NCBI RefSeq assembly: GCF_964355755.1
Contig: NC_092675.1
Coordinates: 12,147,812-12,211,811 of the forward strand
Direction of reading: 5' to 3'
DNA from: Antedon mediterranea
Lineage: Eukaryota; Animalia; Echinodermata
Length of the DNA: 64,000 bases
Shown here: one piece after another, positions 1 to 13,390 of the stretch
Position numbering within the stretch: the stretch's first letter is position 1
Layout of the letters: the number at the start of each line of letters is the position of its first letter
The notes under the pieces: generated by a model
Database searches by the model: none
Told to the model about the DNA's origin: nothing
The model's input: only the letters and a program-made list of their open reading frames with translations
Translations under genes and position numbers: made by a program

Positions 1-744
1 TATAGGATTTTTGTCTGTTTCGTTATTGCTTATCACATTCAATGGAGCGCATCACGCTTATCTGCATTCTTTTTTCTCCGAGATTTTAATATTGTCTAGG
101 TCAATCAACTATTTTTCGCATGAGATAAAAGTATTTTAATTTTTATGACGTCATCATGCCTAAAAATTTAAATTACGTGGGTCATTAATTTCATCTTTAC
201 AGTAAATTTTAATCTGTAATAGCTAGTAAGAATAAAATGTGATAATCACGATTAAAACATTTTCTGGAAGCTATTGGAGTGTAGATACGAATTCATGTGA
301 ACATTTTGCCAATTGGATATTGTGACGTCATCATATGGCCACTTGACTTTAAAAAATTGTATTTTCATCTTTTGCGTCATAGTTCATTACATTTAAAAGA
401 GCGCGCATCAATATTTCACGTATTCAAATTTCTTCTACACGTTAATATGTTGTTGCTGAGATAATTGGTACCTTAGCGTTTCATTTTGAAACCGCCAACA
501 TGTTAAAAATTGGAATAAATAGCGGGTCCCGTAATTTCACCTATTCTACACTGTATGTGATATGTATACAGTGTATACTATATCACACAAAATAACAGAA
601 TTCAGCAATAACATATCATATTCTTCAGTTCAGGTCATAATGTCATAATCTTTTTCTGTGTGCAATATTCCAACGTGTGACGTTCACGTGGCGTTTGTCG
701 TGTGCGGATAACTAACTCGTCAAAGTGACGAGTTTCATGTCTAG
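1..744 (+). mobile_element. Helentron/DINE-like non-autonomous element (HINE), 3' portion
   Basis: Ends in subterminal motif GCGGATAACTAA (704-715), hairpin AACTCGTCA-aag-TGACGAGTT and CTAG (741-744) followed by T; body is colinear with 59841-60620. Confidence 0.8.
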
Positions 745-2201
745 TTTAGATTAAGTCTAGTCTGCAGAATTAATATAAATGTTGGCATATCACCAACTCA
801 AAAGTGCAAACAAACCACATGTTAACATCATACTCTAGAAGCATTAATTGTGGTTTCTTGGTATCTCTATTAATATTTCTTTCTTTCAGTAGATAATTAA
901 AGTGTATAATTAACATTTAATGTGTTCTGTGTAACTTACAAAATGTGGTTATAATGCTGTTAATACTTGTTGCATACATCACTATGCATTATTAATAGTT
1001 CATGATACTTGGAAAACATTCATACAAATTATATTGTTGGTCATTTGTTATGCTTCTATAAGTATTGATAAAATACATGTAAAAACAGTAAGATATTTTT
1101 GTAATGTAAATTTAGACTCTGAAATGTATAATTTTTATTTCCTAGGAGTTTCATATAGCACTTACAACCCTATCCTGACAGACTTCCGCAACAAAGTAAA
1201 TAATGGCATAAATATTGACTGTGTTTATACTTTAATTAAGTTAAAAATGATCTATGGTATAAATGGGGAATTGCCTTTACAAGTCTAAATTGTCACTAGT
1301 TAATAAAAACTGACTATGTTATTACAAGTTAAATTACATTTCTTACTAATGAATTCTAAATCTTAACTTTGATATGATATATTTTTCCGTGAAGACATTG
1401 ATTTTACGTCATTCATTCCTAGTTTGTACGTCACACAATATATTCTGTTCATATATCTTGAGGGTTCAATACATTTGTTTATCAACGAAGCGCTTTGATG
1501 TTATAAAAATAGATGCTGTGATAATCAAACACAGATGTTATTAACACCAACACTATTGAATTGAATAGAAAAGTCAAAGATTAAATGGGGTGTCAAGCCT
1601 TCTCGAAAAGATAAAGTATCCCGTTAACAGTAGTAGTCCACACCCAGATTGTTATGTTTTATAGAAATGACATGGAAAAAAGCATACACTTTACCATTTG
1701 TGGCACAGGCAAGCCAAACCAGTCGCTTGTCGGTAATCCCCGAACTGAGATACAGCCTAGAATAGGTAAAATCACATTGACAACAAAAAACTAATTTATC
1801 GATTAAATCTAACCTTTATGTATTCTAGAATCATACTGTTTGTTTTTTTTTTTTATTTTTCAACTAAAACAATTAAAAAAATACATTTTGAAAGAAATTT
1901 TTCACCTGTAGAATCGTCTTTTCAAAAGCTTCGTATGGGGTATTGCTAAACCCCGCAAACCTCCAAAAAAACATAGCAAACCCCACCGAACCAACATAAA
2001 AGTGATTGAATCATGTAGTGACCCACTGGGTATATCCATGTATATATAAAATATTAAATTTCTAATGTAACTACTTATTTTTGGGGTAAAACATCATTTT
2101 TTGGTCAAAAATGATTGCTAAACACTGCAAACCTAAAAAAAAAACACCGAACCAACATAAAAGTGATGGCAACTTTATTCTGTTTGTTGCCCAAGACAGT
2201 A

Positions 2202-3361
2202 CCGTATATTTCGGTGTATAAGACGCACTTTTGACACGCAAATTTGACCTCTAAATTTTGGGTGCGTCTTATACACCGGTCACTTTCTCACGCACCCTTA
2301 AAAAGCTAGTTAAACAGTGTATATACAGTCTAGCTAGGAGGCCTCCTACCTAGCCTATTAAAAATAGTGTACTACTCTGCAATGTAGGCCTAGCTGGTTA
2401 CTCCTGTCGAACCACGGTTGATCACCACATTGTGGTAACAAGTTTATTGAATTTTTAATTAAGGTAAATTGTCATCCCCGACTGTAATAATTAATATTTA
2501 CAGTACTTGCATGACATATTCTACCCAGGCCAAGTACTCTCTGAACTCGCGGGTGTGTATTCTAGCAGCGTGCAGCATCACAGCGCAACACATTTATGGA
2601 AGAGTCCATTAATTATGGTGGTGTCAAATTTTAATTACACAATAACTATATAATAACTTGATCACGGTGGTTTATTTTATTACATCTCTATGTCAACAAT
2701 CCAATAAATTTGAAATCATGTAAGCAATAGTTCGTATGTCAAGCAATATCTAAAAGAGCGTGTTGTTATTGTGTTAAGTAGCTTCCCCTAATCTCATAAT
2801 GTATATGGCCAACAGTGCTGGCCAGGCAAGGAGCACACGGTTAGTGCTCTCCTTACTGTAATGCATGCATGCATAGGAAAAAATGGAAAGATTTTCATAT
2901 ACCGTAGGCCTCATGATATTCCTGCTTCATTTTCAGCCTAAAAACTGAACATCGTTTAGATTGATTTTATATAATGGTCATACACACACTAAGAAGGTAT
3001 ATTTTTAAATAATATGAAATTAAAGTTACTTAAATAGACATAGGCTAGCCCTACCCACACAGTGCATCGTAACTGAAACAATATGGGGATTTCCCTTTTC
3101 ATTGAACGTTCAGTTGAAGTAGAGACTGATTACGATGTAATAAAGGCAATCAAACAAAATTATATCATTTGATTCAATAAATATGTCTCAAATTTCATTG
3201 TTTTATATGTAAAATACCATGGTTTTGATTGTAAAATGTTAAAATTTCGACCTAGAAATAAGTGCATCTTATACATCGACTACATAAAAAATACTAATAT
3301 TTCAGTCTCCGTTATGGGTGCGTCTTATACACAGGTGCGACTTGTACACCGAAATATATGG
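2202..3361 (+). mobile_element. Tc1/mariner (Tc2-like) MITE, divergent 1.16-kb subfamily
   Basis: TIR CCGTATATTTCGGTGTATAAGACGCAC / GTGCGACTTGTACACCGAAATATATGG, TA on both flanks (2200-01, 3362-63). Confidence 0.85.
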
Positions 3362-3873
3362 TAGTCTATAAATTCCCCAGCCACTACATGATTTAACCAC
3401 ACGGCTATTTTTTTTTTTTTTGCATTGTAATTATTACCCTTGTGATATACGAAAATACCATTGAGATTTAAAAAATATATGTGAGCCAGCTGCAATTTTC
3501 CCCCCAGACTGTAACCAAACATACTATAATACTAAGATTTAAGCACGTGAAGGGACGACTAATTCCACTTTAACAATACGAAAATACTCATGACAGCAAC
3601 TTCAATCTCTATAAGTTGGCTCAGACAGAGCTCATAGACAAGATTTCATCATGTGAAGGGCTAACATGGCTAACTCTTTTTTATTGGAAGTGTACACATT
3701 CGGATACACTCATGACAGCTACAACTTTATCCTGTTAGTTTCTGAATTTTCTTGATTACAAAGGCAAACTCACTTGAGTGGACAATATCAATATTTGCTG
3801 TATAGTATTTTAAATTTGCAAGCACAGAATCACTTATACTTCGTCAAAGTGACGATTCTAGTTTTTTTTTGTT

Positions 3874-4042
3874 TTCGCGCCGCGGCTCTAGCCAGCTATG
3901 TCCCAGGAGGACAATTCATTAATAAGCTGTTTCATAGCGGTAGCTTTAGTATCTAAGGCTGACAGTTTTGTGAATTTGGAAACTCGACTATAATTTATAG
4001 GTAGCTGCTGGACCCAAAAAACGTCTGGGAGAAGAGAGTCTA
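3874..4042. repeat. ~170-bp unclassified interspersed repeat (other copies ~25796-25968, ~60631-60798, ~61266-61437)
   Basis: Shared GCTCTAGCC ... AGCTGCTGGACCCAAAAAACGTCTGGGA...GAGTCTA in four places. Confidence 0.8.
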
Positions 4043-4757
4043 TATGAAAGCCTTTGCTGATAATACAGTATTATTGAGATGTAGACGGAAATCTGTAAAA
4101 TCTTGTTCAATAAATAATAACTTCGTCTTGCTGTCAACCAGGCCGGTATTATAATAAGTCACTGTCAAATAATCATTCGATAATGGTCAAAACTTTATTT
4201 TGGCTCTGTCAACATAAAGGGAGGTATTTTTTTGACTGTCAATCTAGGCCAAGGTTATAATAATACGCCGTCAGATATTAAATCATTGAAACAGTCCTGG
4301 TAAAATTTTTTTTGGTTATCAGATGCCGGGGGGGGGGGGGGGGGGGTCCAATCAATTATCGTCAGAAGGTGAACAATCAGTCTAGGTAGCAGCAGCAGAT
4401 TATTATTAACGCCTGCTCCATTAATTAATCCAGAAAAAGGTTTGTACATTATCTATTTGTTTATTAGCCTTCTCCTAACACAATTATATTTTCTTTAAAA
4501 AAAGGTTTTATAAGTGGTTTCAACATTTACGATAGTAATTTCACAGTTCTGTGTCTGGACGCAAGTTCATAGACCTACTAGTTATATTATTCATATTAAC
4601 TGATACTTACTCTTCATTTACCGTAAAGTTCAGTTTTAATGAAATATATAATATAAATTGGCTTCGTAACAATTAATTAGTGTTGAAAAGGTTAGTTTTT
4701 TGGTGATAGGTGAAAATGACATGTCACTTCGTAATCAATTTATTTTTTTGGTATAAA

Positions 4758-5116
4758 GGCCCAATTACACTATGACGATAACGACGGACGATAAATATAT
4801 AGCATGCATTTTTTTTACATAAACCAAAAGAAATTAGAAAGGTTTTCGTTCTAGACCTATAGGATAATCATTTATGCTGTCTTTGATAAAAATAAAGTTT
4901 TTCAAATTCCAATCAAATGACGTCATGATAAATAAAAACAATAAAATCGCTGTATTGTCACGATATTATTGGTCTTACTAATCATGACGTCATTTGATTG
5001 GACGTGTGAAAATATAATTTTCATCAAAGGAATTGTTTATATTTCTTTTGGTTTATGTATTAAAAATGCACATTTGTCTATTTATCGTCGATCGTTATCG
5101 TCCTAGTGTATGGGCC
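4758..5116. mobile_element. Palindromic MITE, PIF/Harbinger-like termini (second copy ~62165-62524)
   Basis: GGCCCAATTACACTATGACGATAACGA vs TCGTTATCGTCCTAGTGTATGGGCC; internal mirror blocks AAACCAAAAGAAAT/ATTTCTTTTGGTTT and CCAATCAAATGACGTCATGAT/ATCATGACGTCATTTGATTGG. Confidence 0.75.
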
Positions 5117-5434
5117 TTATGCTGTAAATGTTCAATTAATTGATCATTCCGATTTGATTAGTTGGACTCTTGCACAGTTGCTGTCTAATCGTTGTTGTGT
5201 AATATCATTTCGAACCATATTAAAATCATAAAGATATTCATATTCCTTAACATGTGGCTGTGCATGGAAGTCCGGTCTACAAAAACTCGGGCCCGGGATC
5301 ATTGTTATTGGGCCTGAAAGTGTTGGTGAATTCATAATTATACTTAATATTATATTTATATATATATATATAATTATATTATTATACAATTGAAAGCAAA
5401 ACCCGTTGAATCTCAAATCATTAGGACTAGAAAT

Positions 5435-6450
5435 TTGGCTTATCAATCAAATAAATACTTTCGTTCAAAATGAAACTCCAACCTCTCTAATCAAAAGATT
5501 GAACTCGAAAACGGACCGTTTTTTGAATTGGGTATGTTGAAACATTTCAATATTCATTTAAAAAAGAACATTAATTATGGTATTGATCAGTGGCTATAGA
5601 GGCGTAAAAACCCTCGGTCAATATCATGTAAAATGCACTGTGGAAGGGTCATTATTAAGACTGCAAAATTGGGCTTATCAACAAATAAATACTTTCGTTC
5701 AAAATGTAAAATCAAGGCTGAAAAATTGGGCTTATCAACAACAAAATATTTTATTATTAGACGCGATAACATCAAGGATAGTCAGTATAATTATTAATAT
5801 AGCCACTGTTACTAGTTTTATTCTACATGCTAAAGTAAATAAAAATCCACTAGAAAACAAACCAGTCTGAATGTTATGCTTATTAGCCATGTTATGTTTG
5901 TTACTGTAGGCCTATGATTGTTTGCAATGTCCACATATTATTTCCGTGGGCATATCCATAGTGTATCACTCACAAAAAAGACGTGTGAGGTTCTTTCTTT
6001 AGATTTTGAAGAATGATTTGTGTTACAGGTTAAATGCTCAAGATATCGGCTAACGCCATGGGACCCTTGGCTTATCAATGAATAATAAATACAGTACTAC
6101 TTTCGTTCAATTGAAATCAGAATCTGACCGTTTCATTAAATTGGGTGTGATTAGGCCTAAACATATAATAATTTATTAAAAAGGTACAATAAAAACAAAT
6201 GCATCAGAGGCGTAAAGAACCCACGGTCAATATCATGTAAAATGTATATGGTATAAGCACTGTGGAAGGGGTCATTATTATTAAACTGGAAAATTCGGCT
6301 TATCAACAAATAAATACTTTCGTTTAAAATGTAAAATAAGACTGCAAAATTGGGCTTATCAACAAATAAAATACTTTTTTTTCAAAATGTAAAATTAAGA
6401 CTGGAAAATTGGGCTTATAAACAAATAAATACTTTTTTTCAAAATGTAAG
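5435..6450 (+). repeat. Degenerate ~50-60-bp minisatellite units in two clusters
   Basis: Repeated GGCTTATCAACAAATAAATACTTTCGTTCAAAATGTAAAAT at ~5437, 5672, 5729, 6069, 6297, 6352, 6412. Confidence 0.8.
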
Positions 6451-6475
6451 AAAACATTTTTAAATATAATCCTTA

Positions 6476-6630
6476 AGCTCTGTCTATACTATCAAACTAA
6501 ATATGATGTGCCCATATTATATAGACATGACGATGTCATATCACTACGATATTCGGGCATATTACTACCATATTTGGGCACATCACACTTTTTTTTTGTT
6601 AAACTAGTTGGGACAGTGTAGACACAGAAC
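6476..6630. mobile_element. Short MITE remnant
   Basis: AGCTCTGTCTATACTATCAAACTA is an imperfect inverted match to TAGTTGGGACAGTGTAGACACAGAACT; internal GTGCCCA/TGGGCAC. Confidence 0.55.
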
Positions 6631-7619
6631 TATGTGATCGAAACATAAGTCGGAATTGGACTGACGCGATTGATTTAATTGGGTATTTTTATTAATGTAA
6701 CGATTCATTAAAAACTATAATACCGATGCGCGTTTGGTATTGATCAATGGTGCAAAAAACCCTGAGAAATAATGTTATAACGCGATTTGGTGATAGCTTA
6801 GCAACAATACAACCCATATACTATTATTATAAATACCTATATTACAAATCCATTCATATAACTTTTCATCGCGAACCGAAAATGTATAAATGTTATTCTA
6901 CAGACAGTAATTATATATTCAAAAGCCATATTATTATTATTATCAATACCTAAATGCGATAGTAATAACCACATAAACATACATTATTCCTATTACAAGT
7001 TTGTGCGTTTAATTCTAGAAAGAAACGACTGTGCTGACAGTCCAATGACATAAATCACAAGTAAAGTCCCAATTGTTCACTTGCGTTTTGATTGGCCGAC
7101 CTATTATATTAAATTAATGAAGACTGTTCTTACAACTGTCCAGTCAAAAAGTTACGCGGCGTTTTTTGTAAGAAATATTTCTTGTTAAAATCTATTCTGT
7201 ATTTTGAAACCATTGATGTTTTAAAAATCTCGAAAAGAAGCACACTGGGCTTCTTCTCATGGTAAACATCTTTTCTTTGCAAAATATATCGATATGTCAT
7301 CCATGGTTGGCATATATATGCCAACCATTGTTAATTTTATGCTATAATATGGTCAATAAATGTTTCTTGAATTGAATTGAATTGAATGCCTGACGACTCC
7401 TCGAAAATACAATGATGGATCGCCAAGTCTGTCGGTCTTCAGTTTGATGATATACTCTGTGTTGTCCAATTAATATTTTTATCCGGTCAATCCATGACTT
7501 TGGATGTCCTGACCTCCGGGCTCGCTCGATTGTTTACCATGCAAAAATATCTTTTCTATAGCCAACGCATAATAGCGTTTATATATCTATATATATACGG
7601 TAATTATTATAATTTCGTA

Positions 7620-8470
7620 TTGCTCAATGTGTAAAAGTTAAGAAAAAGAATTAGCCGTTGTCTTCGATCTTGTAGGGGACCAGAATAGGAAATTTTAGAA
7701 ATTGCTGTCAATGGTATTTTCGTACATCCCAAAGCCATGGGTAGTACTGTTTGCTGTCAATGGCATTTCCGTATATCCCAAAGGGTATTAGTTACAATGT
7801 AAAAGGGATTTTGACGTGTGGCTTGATTAAATCTTGTATGGCCCAACTTACAGGATAAAGTTGCTGTCAATGGTATTTTTGTGCACCCCAATGTGTGACA
7901 GTTACAATGCAAAAGGAATTAGCCGTGTGGCAACTTACACGATAAAGTTGCTGACAATGGAATTCCAAAGGGTAATAGTTAACAATGTAAAAGGGATTTT
8001 ATCGTGTGGCTCTTCGCATGATTAAATTTTGTAGGGCCCAACAGGCATTTTTGGGCTACTGTCTGTGGAAACTTACAGGATAAAGTTGCTGTCAATGGTA
8101 TTTTTGTGAATCCCAATGTGTAACAGTTACAATGCAAAAGGAATTAGCTGTGTGGCTCTTGACATGAATAACACCAATTTTTAGTGGTCACTTGGGGCTA
8201 CTGTCTCCAGCAACTTACAGGATAAAGTTGCTGTCATTGCTGTTTTAACATTCTATACAGTGCATATGCGGACACTGTCCAACAACTTTTATCCGTGTGG
8301 CTTTTCACATGATTAAATCCATTTTTTACCCCTCCTATTTGGTGTCTCCAGGGAAAATTTACAGGATATGACCCGGCAGCAATATTGATTATTGAATCTT
8401 AGACATATATCTACAGAATCAGCCCATCAAACCTTTTGTGGCTTTTCACATGAATAAATTCTCTGGGCAC
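7620..8470 (+). repeat. Degenerate tandem array (units ~100-230 bp)
   Basis: Recurrent ACTTACAGGATAAAGTTGCTGTCAATGGTATTTTTGTG and GTTACAATGCAAAAGGAATTAGCCGTGTGGC. Confidence 0.8.
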
Positions 8471-9851
8471 CCAGTCTAATAGTGAAGAACATTTGTTTGT
8501 GTTGTATCCTTTTTATTGGTATCTCACATAAATGGCTAAGCTGGCTTTTCCCCTCTGTCTACTTACAGTGCAGGCAAACTGCAAGCCATGGATTCATTGG
8601 AGTCAGTGGAGTCAACGTCCCACGTGACCATGTTAATTGCAATTCAAGCGAGTCAGTACGAAGTGTAACTGCACTATTGTACCAAAAGTGCGAGGCACCA
8701 TAAAACATATTAAATAATTTAATATAAATTAGTATGTTCATATGAAACATTAGAGAGGAGTAATTATAAAATAAAATCATTATTTTATGTTATGTTGTTC
8801 TAAACATACCCTACTACTACTGTAATCTACTGTATTCGTCCATTGACAGCGTTGATAAAGAAGCTACTGGTAGGCCTAGACCGTACTAGGCATACAACTG
8901 GTAGGCCTAGACCGTACTAGGCATACAGCGAATAGCCCTCTCTACTATGGCGAGCGGGCTACAGTATACTATAGGAGCTAGGCTTCTTAGACGGTGACCA
9001 GGCACCACCTAACTACCACTAACTGTAAACATCGAAGTCGCATCTGGATATTCGAAATTGTTAACATAATTACATTAACGGTAGGTGATTCATAAATGTT
9101 TATGAATTGTACACACATATTAACGAAGGCTTATTATTCGAAGGCTCGCACTTGTTGGTATTTTTTCAGTTGAATTACCGTCATGGATTGCATGCATTGC
9201 GTGCCTTGTTGACTTGCACTTTGGCAACACTCACAGTGCAGCTTGTATTGTAATCATCTTCCCTGAAAAATGTTTGTTTTATTTTTATCAAAAAAACTAG
9301 GTAAACAAGCTTCAACTGTATTGTAAATGTATCTGGGGCGGATCCAGGGGGGGGGGGGTGTCCACGGGTCCGGACCACCCCCCCCCCTAAATTTTAAGGG
9401 TGCCCTTTTTTTAGAGGTTCAATATTTTATTCGTGTGACATATTTGTGTGTATATTAGTATGCACAGAGTAGGCTACAATAACCCAAAAAATAAAAACAG
9501 AAATTTATCTCAATGCGCGCGATGTTAAGTTACGGCGGCCGATCAAAGAGCATCGTGGGAGGTGTTGACGCGTGATATCTCTACTCAAACTTCTAAAAAT
9601 AGATCGTTTAACATACTACAGAGGGCGCATGTAAACTTTTTTTGCGCTATTTTCAAGATTCCTCGTAAGGAGAGAGGGAGAAAGCGCAAACAGCAAGATT
9701 TGGCAGAACAAGCTAAACATTATGTCAAACTAGGTGGCTGGTTGTTACATACTAGTAATAATGATGAGCAGCTAGATACCTCTGGACCACCTATTTTTTT
9801 ACCCGCCGCCGCTGAAGTCTGTAATAATGATAGATTACCTCTACCTCTCTA

Positions 9852-12800
9852 GGAAGAAAACATGTGACTCTGAGAGGTTGCGGTAAACAGCAAAGAGTAT
9901 CGTGTTTCATGCCATGTGACCCAAAAAAAACTAGGTCTGTACTTTTAATTACGGTCTTCTGTCGGCGGTCTTCTGTCGGCGGTCTTTTTGAGCGACCGAT
10001 TGAACGTTCTGATACTAGATACTGGAATATATTATTTTTATTTTTCACGCCGCCCTTTTTAACATCTTTTTTTTGCCGACGTACTTTTGTTTAAGGGCTG
10101 CGTAAAGCCTAACATTTTTCCTGTGCAATGGAAAACTGCGTGTGCGAATACGTGAAATGTTTGATTCACACGACTAAATTCGCCTAGTCGAAAACAGGCT
10201 TTAAGAATTTCGTTTTCAATGCGAACGTCTACGAAAACTGCATTAAACGTGGCGCTTAATGTGTATAGGCTACTTCAGTTTTGTTAAGAAAAATATTTAT
10301 TTTATTTTTGGATTTAGGGTGGGGAGGACTATAACTTCTTTATATTTATCGTGACGATTTTTCAATCATAAAATAAAACGGGACACAATGACTTATAACT
10401 AGAGGCCTAATGTATTTTAAAAATATTCCATACCGAACGATTTATTCAAATAAAGAACATTTTTTATTAATTATTTTTTCCCAAACAAACTAAAGACAAG
10501 ATGACAAACCACCAATTGAAATTAAACAAAACTTTTATTAAACATTTTTAGTATCTATAATAATATATAATTATTTTTGTTTTCTTTCGATTATTATTAT
10601 TATTATATAGTATGTTAAACTAAATGATCAGAGCATGATCCTATAGAAATAAATGTTGTTATTTTGCAAAGCATTGTTTTGTTGAAGCTTTTGTTATTTA
10701 TTGATCCGTGGTTAAAATAGGAATTCGTAAAATAGCACAGCTTTTACATTCAGGAAATAAAACTAAAATGCATAGCATCATAATATACAAAAAAAATGAA
10801 CCGATGTTTTTTTCACTTTTAAACAATGATTGTACCATCATTGTACTGTTGTACATATTCCTATACAAAAACGAGTAAAGAAAATTATTAACAGAAACTT
10901 GACGACGAACTTACTCTATAATAATACCAATAAAGAATCAAAGGTAATAATAATCATTGTGATTTGATCAGGGAGATTTTACATCTCTCCCTGATTTGAA
11001 ATACAGAAGGCATGATACAAAAACAGAGCAACATTTTTTAACTGTATTATATAAACCGTATTTATGTTACTGTATATTTTTGGCAGCGGAAACGGCGCTC
11101 CAACCCCCAACCACATTTGTGGATAAAATACAGTATTCATAAATTTATACTGTATTTTGAGTACCCTTTTCTGCGCCAAAAAAAAAAGAGCGTTATTTTA
11201 ATTTGCTGAGTTAAAATGTTGAACATTTAATTTTCACAATGTAATAATACTTAATAGTGCACAGGAAGAGACTGTTTATGTAGTTAATTTATGCAAGCAT
11301 CCACATATTGTTCATTTGGCTAGTAGTCTTTTGTGTCTATAGTCCTTCTATTCTGCATTATGCTGATTAATTCATTTTTTTGGTTAAGTGAAATGTCAAC
11401 TTACTATTTTTTTGTAGACATAGGTTGCATCGTTTAATAATATTATAATTGTTATTTTTTGTAAACAAAATATTGTCCCCTTATAGAATCACAAAAAAAT
11501 GTTTTTTTTGCGATGACGTCATTTTACGTTTCACATTCACTACGCGAATCTCGCGATGTCAGTGTGCTAGACCAATCTTTCCGGAAGATAACGTCATCAC
11601 GTCAAAAAATTTGAATGATGTGGGTCACCTATTTTTATCTTTGCAGTATTTTATCAATCAATCAATTTTAATCTGTTATAGCTCCTCCGAATAAAAAGTG
11701 ATACCCATGAATGTGTATACTGTACAACGACCCAAAATATACAGAATTCACCATATAACAACAAAATATTATATTATTTTATTCTATAATAATTCTAATA
11801 ATAATTTTCTGTGCGCAATATTCTAAAGTAAGTAACGTAATGACGTGCAAGCAAGTGGATTTTGCTGTGCAGATAACTAAACTCGTCAAAGTAGGCCTAA
11901 CGAGTTCAAGTCTAGTTTAATTCGTTTATTTATTTTAAATTGTAATATTATTTTAACTAGTTGGATGGCGATCAGTTGACAAGTAATTTTTTTTTTAGGG
12001 CCAACGTGGCCAATAAGAATGTCTTTTTAAGGGGTCAAAAAGCTTGCTGAATGCTGCTGGCCTACACCTACCATGTTGTTCGTTTAGGCGACCCACCTAG
12101 GCGTATTAAATTAGTCAACAAAGCAAAGACAGTAGCCTACTATTGTTGTATTCGAATATGCTTTGTTTTATTTATCTTTTAAGAACAATGGTATTTGCGT
12201 GTGGCTTTTGCTTCGGAACTGAATATAGTACGTCCATGAGTTGGGAGGTCTAAGTTACAAAAGTTATTCGAAATTACGGATTACATCTCGGGTCCTCCGT
12301 GCATGGAGTATGTTTTAGTTACCATATGAAGGAATATATATATTTATTGTAAATATTGTATTTATTTTGACCACTTTGACCCTGGGAAAATAAATGGGGA
12401 ACATTGGTGGATTTTAGTTTTTTCAATTGTTTTATTATGAAAGCCTATATAGCATAGACCTACCAGTAACATTTCAAGTTTATTTGTTGTTTATTAGGCC
12501 TATTACTATTCTAGCTTTGTTCTCTAAAATTTAATAACTACGAAACACCCTACTTATCAAACTCTCATAATGGTCATAACTGAAAAACAACTTCAGTATA
12601 GTATAGTATAATTAAATAAATCTTGTATAAATCTGATTTTCATAAACAGCAGAGCACATGTACACAATATGCATAGGGTGGAAGAACATTTAAAGAAAGA
12701 GCCTGTTATTGCTAGGGATGCGCGTAAAACAAAACAGTCCTTTGTATCCACGGCAGAGCACGTGTACACAATATGCATAGGGTGGAAGAACGTTTAAGGA

Positions 12801-13390
12801 AACGGTCCTCTGCCGATCCTTTGGATCGTCGGAGCACATGGCCAAAACAATGTCGTTTCTTAATATGCGCACAACCATGTGACATTGACTGAATTGATAA
12901 TATAAATTAATGAAGTATTTTATGATGATATTCATAAAATAAGGACACACTTAACATATAAACAATGCATACATTTCAAAGAACTGAAATACTGAATCTT
13001 CCTAAACATTCAAATCAAGCTATTTAGTATTATATTCGGCTATACAAAAAAAACCGTATACGGTACAGTATAGGCTAAATGAAGCCTACGGGGTTTCCCC
13101 ATTTATTTTATGTATGTATACGTACACGACAGTATATGTATAGACCGGGAAATAGGTCTACATTATCAGCCGATTTTTTTGTTGTCATAGGACCTGACCC
13201 TAAAAATGCATTTTTATCGTTGTGTTCGACGCAAAATTGATTTCAAAATAGTATTACATTGAACCGCGATGTTCGCGTTAATCGCGTCTTTTTACCGACG
13301 TAATAGTAATGAGTACAATTAATGAGCTTGATTAAGACGTTTAACGCGTTAAACGGTCAAAGAAATCTGAACCGCGTTTCACGCATAATT
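9852..13390 (+). repeat. 3.5-kb segment near-identical to 36910-40510
   Basis: Colinear from GGAAGAAAACATGTGACTCTGAG to TTTCACGCATAATT; paired ORFs 10979/38010, 12593/39689, 12690/39786. Confidence 0.95.
11490..11915 (+). mobile_element. Decayed HINE 3' fragment inside the shared cargo (twin ~38560-38989)
   Basis: Ends GCAGATAACTAAACTCGTCAAAGTAGGCCTAACGAGTTCAAGTCTAG, a variant of the HINE terminus. Confidence 0.7.

Larger units (their letters stand above)
3872..6506 (+). repeat. Copy 1 of >2.6-kb direct duplication (copy 2 at 61264-64000)
   Basis: Colinear near-identical sequence from TTTTCGCGCCGCGGCTCTAGCC to CTAAATATGA; near-identical ORF translations 5144..5446 vs 62551..62742 and 5577..5870 vs 62997..63293. 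Confidence 0.95.

Noticed and set aside
4327-4346. Poly-G run encoding poly-Pro in ORF 4255..4449
   Set aside because: Homopolymer length differs in the duplicate at ~61736; not coding.
5144-5870. ORFs apparently conserved with 62551..62742 and 62997..63293
   Set aside because: Similarity is explained by the recent DNA duplication; frame-breaking indels between copies and no domain.
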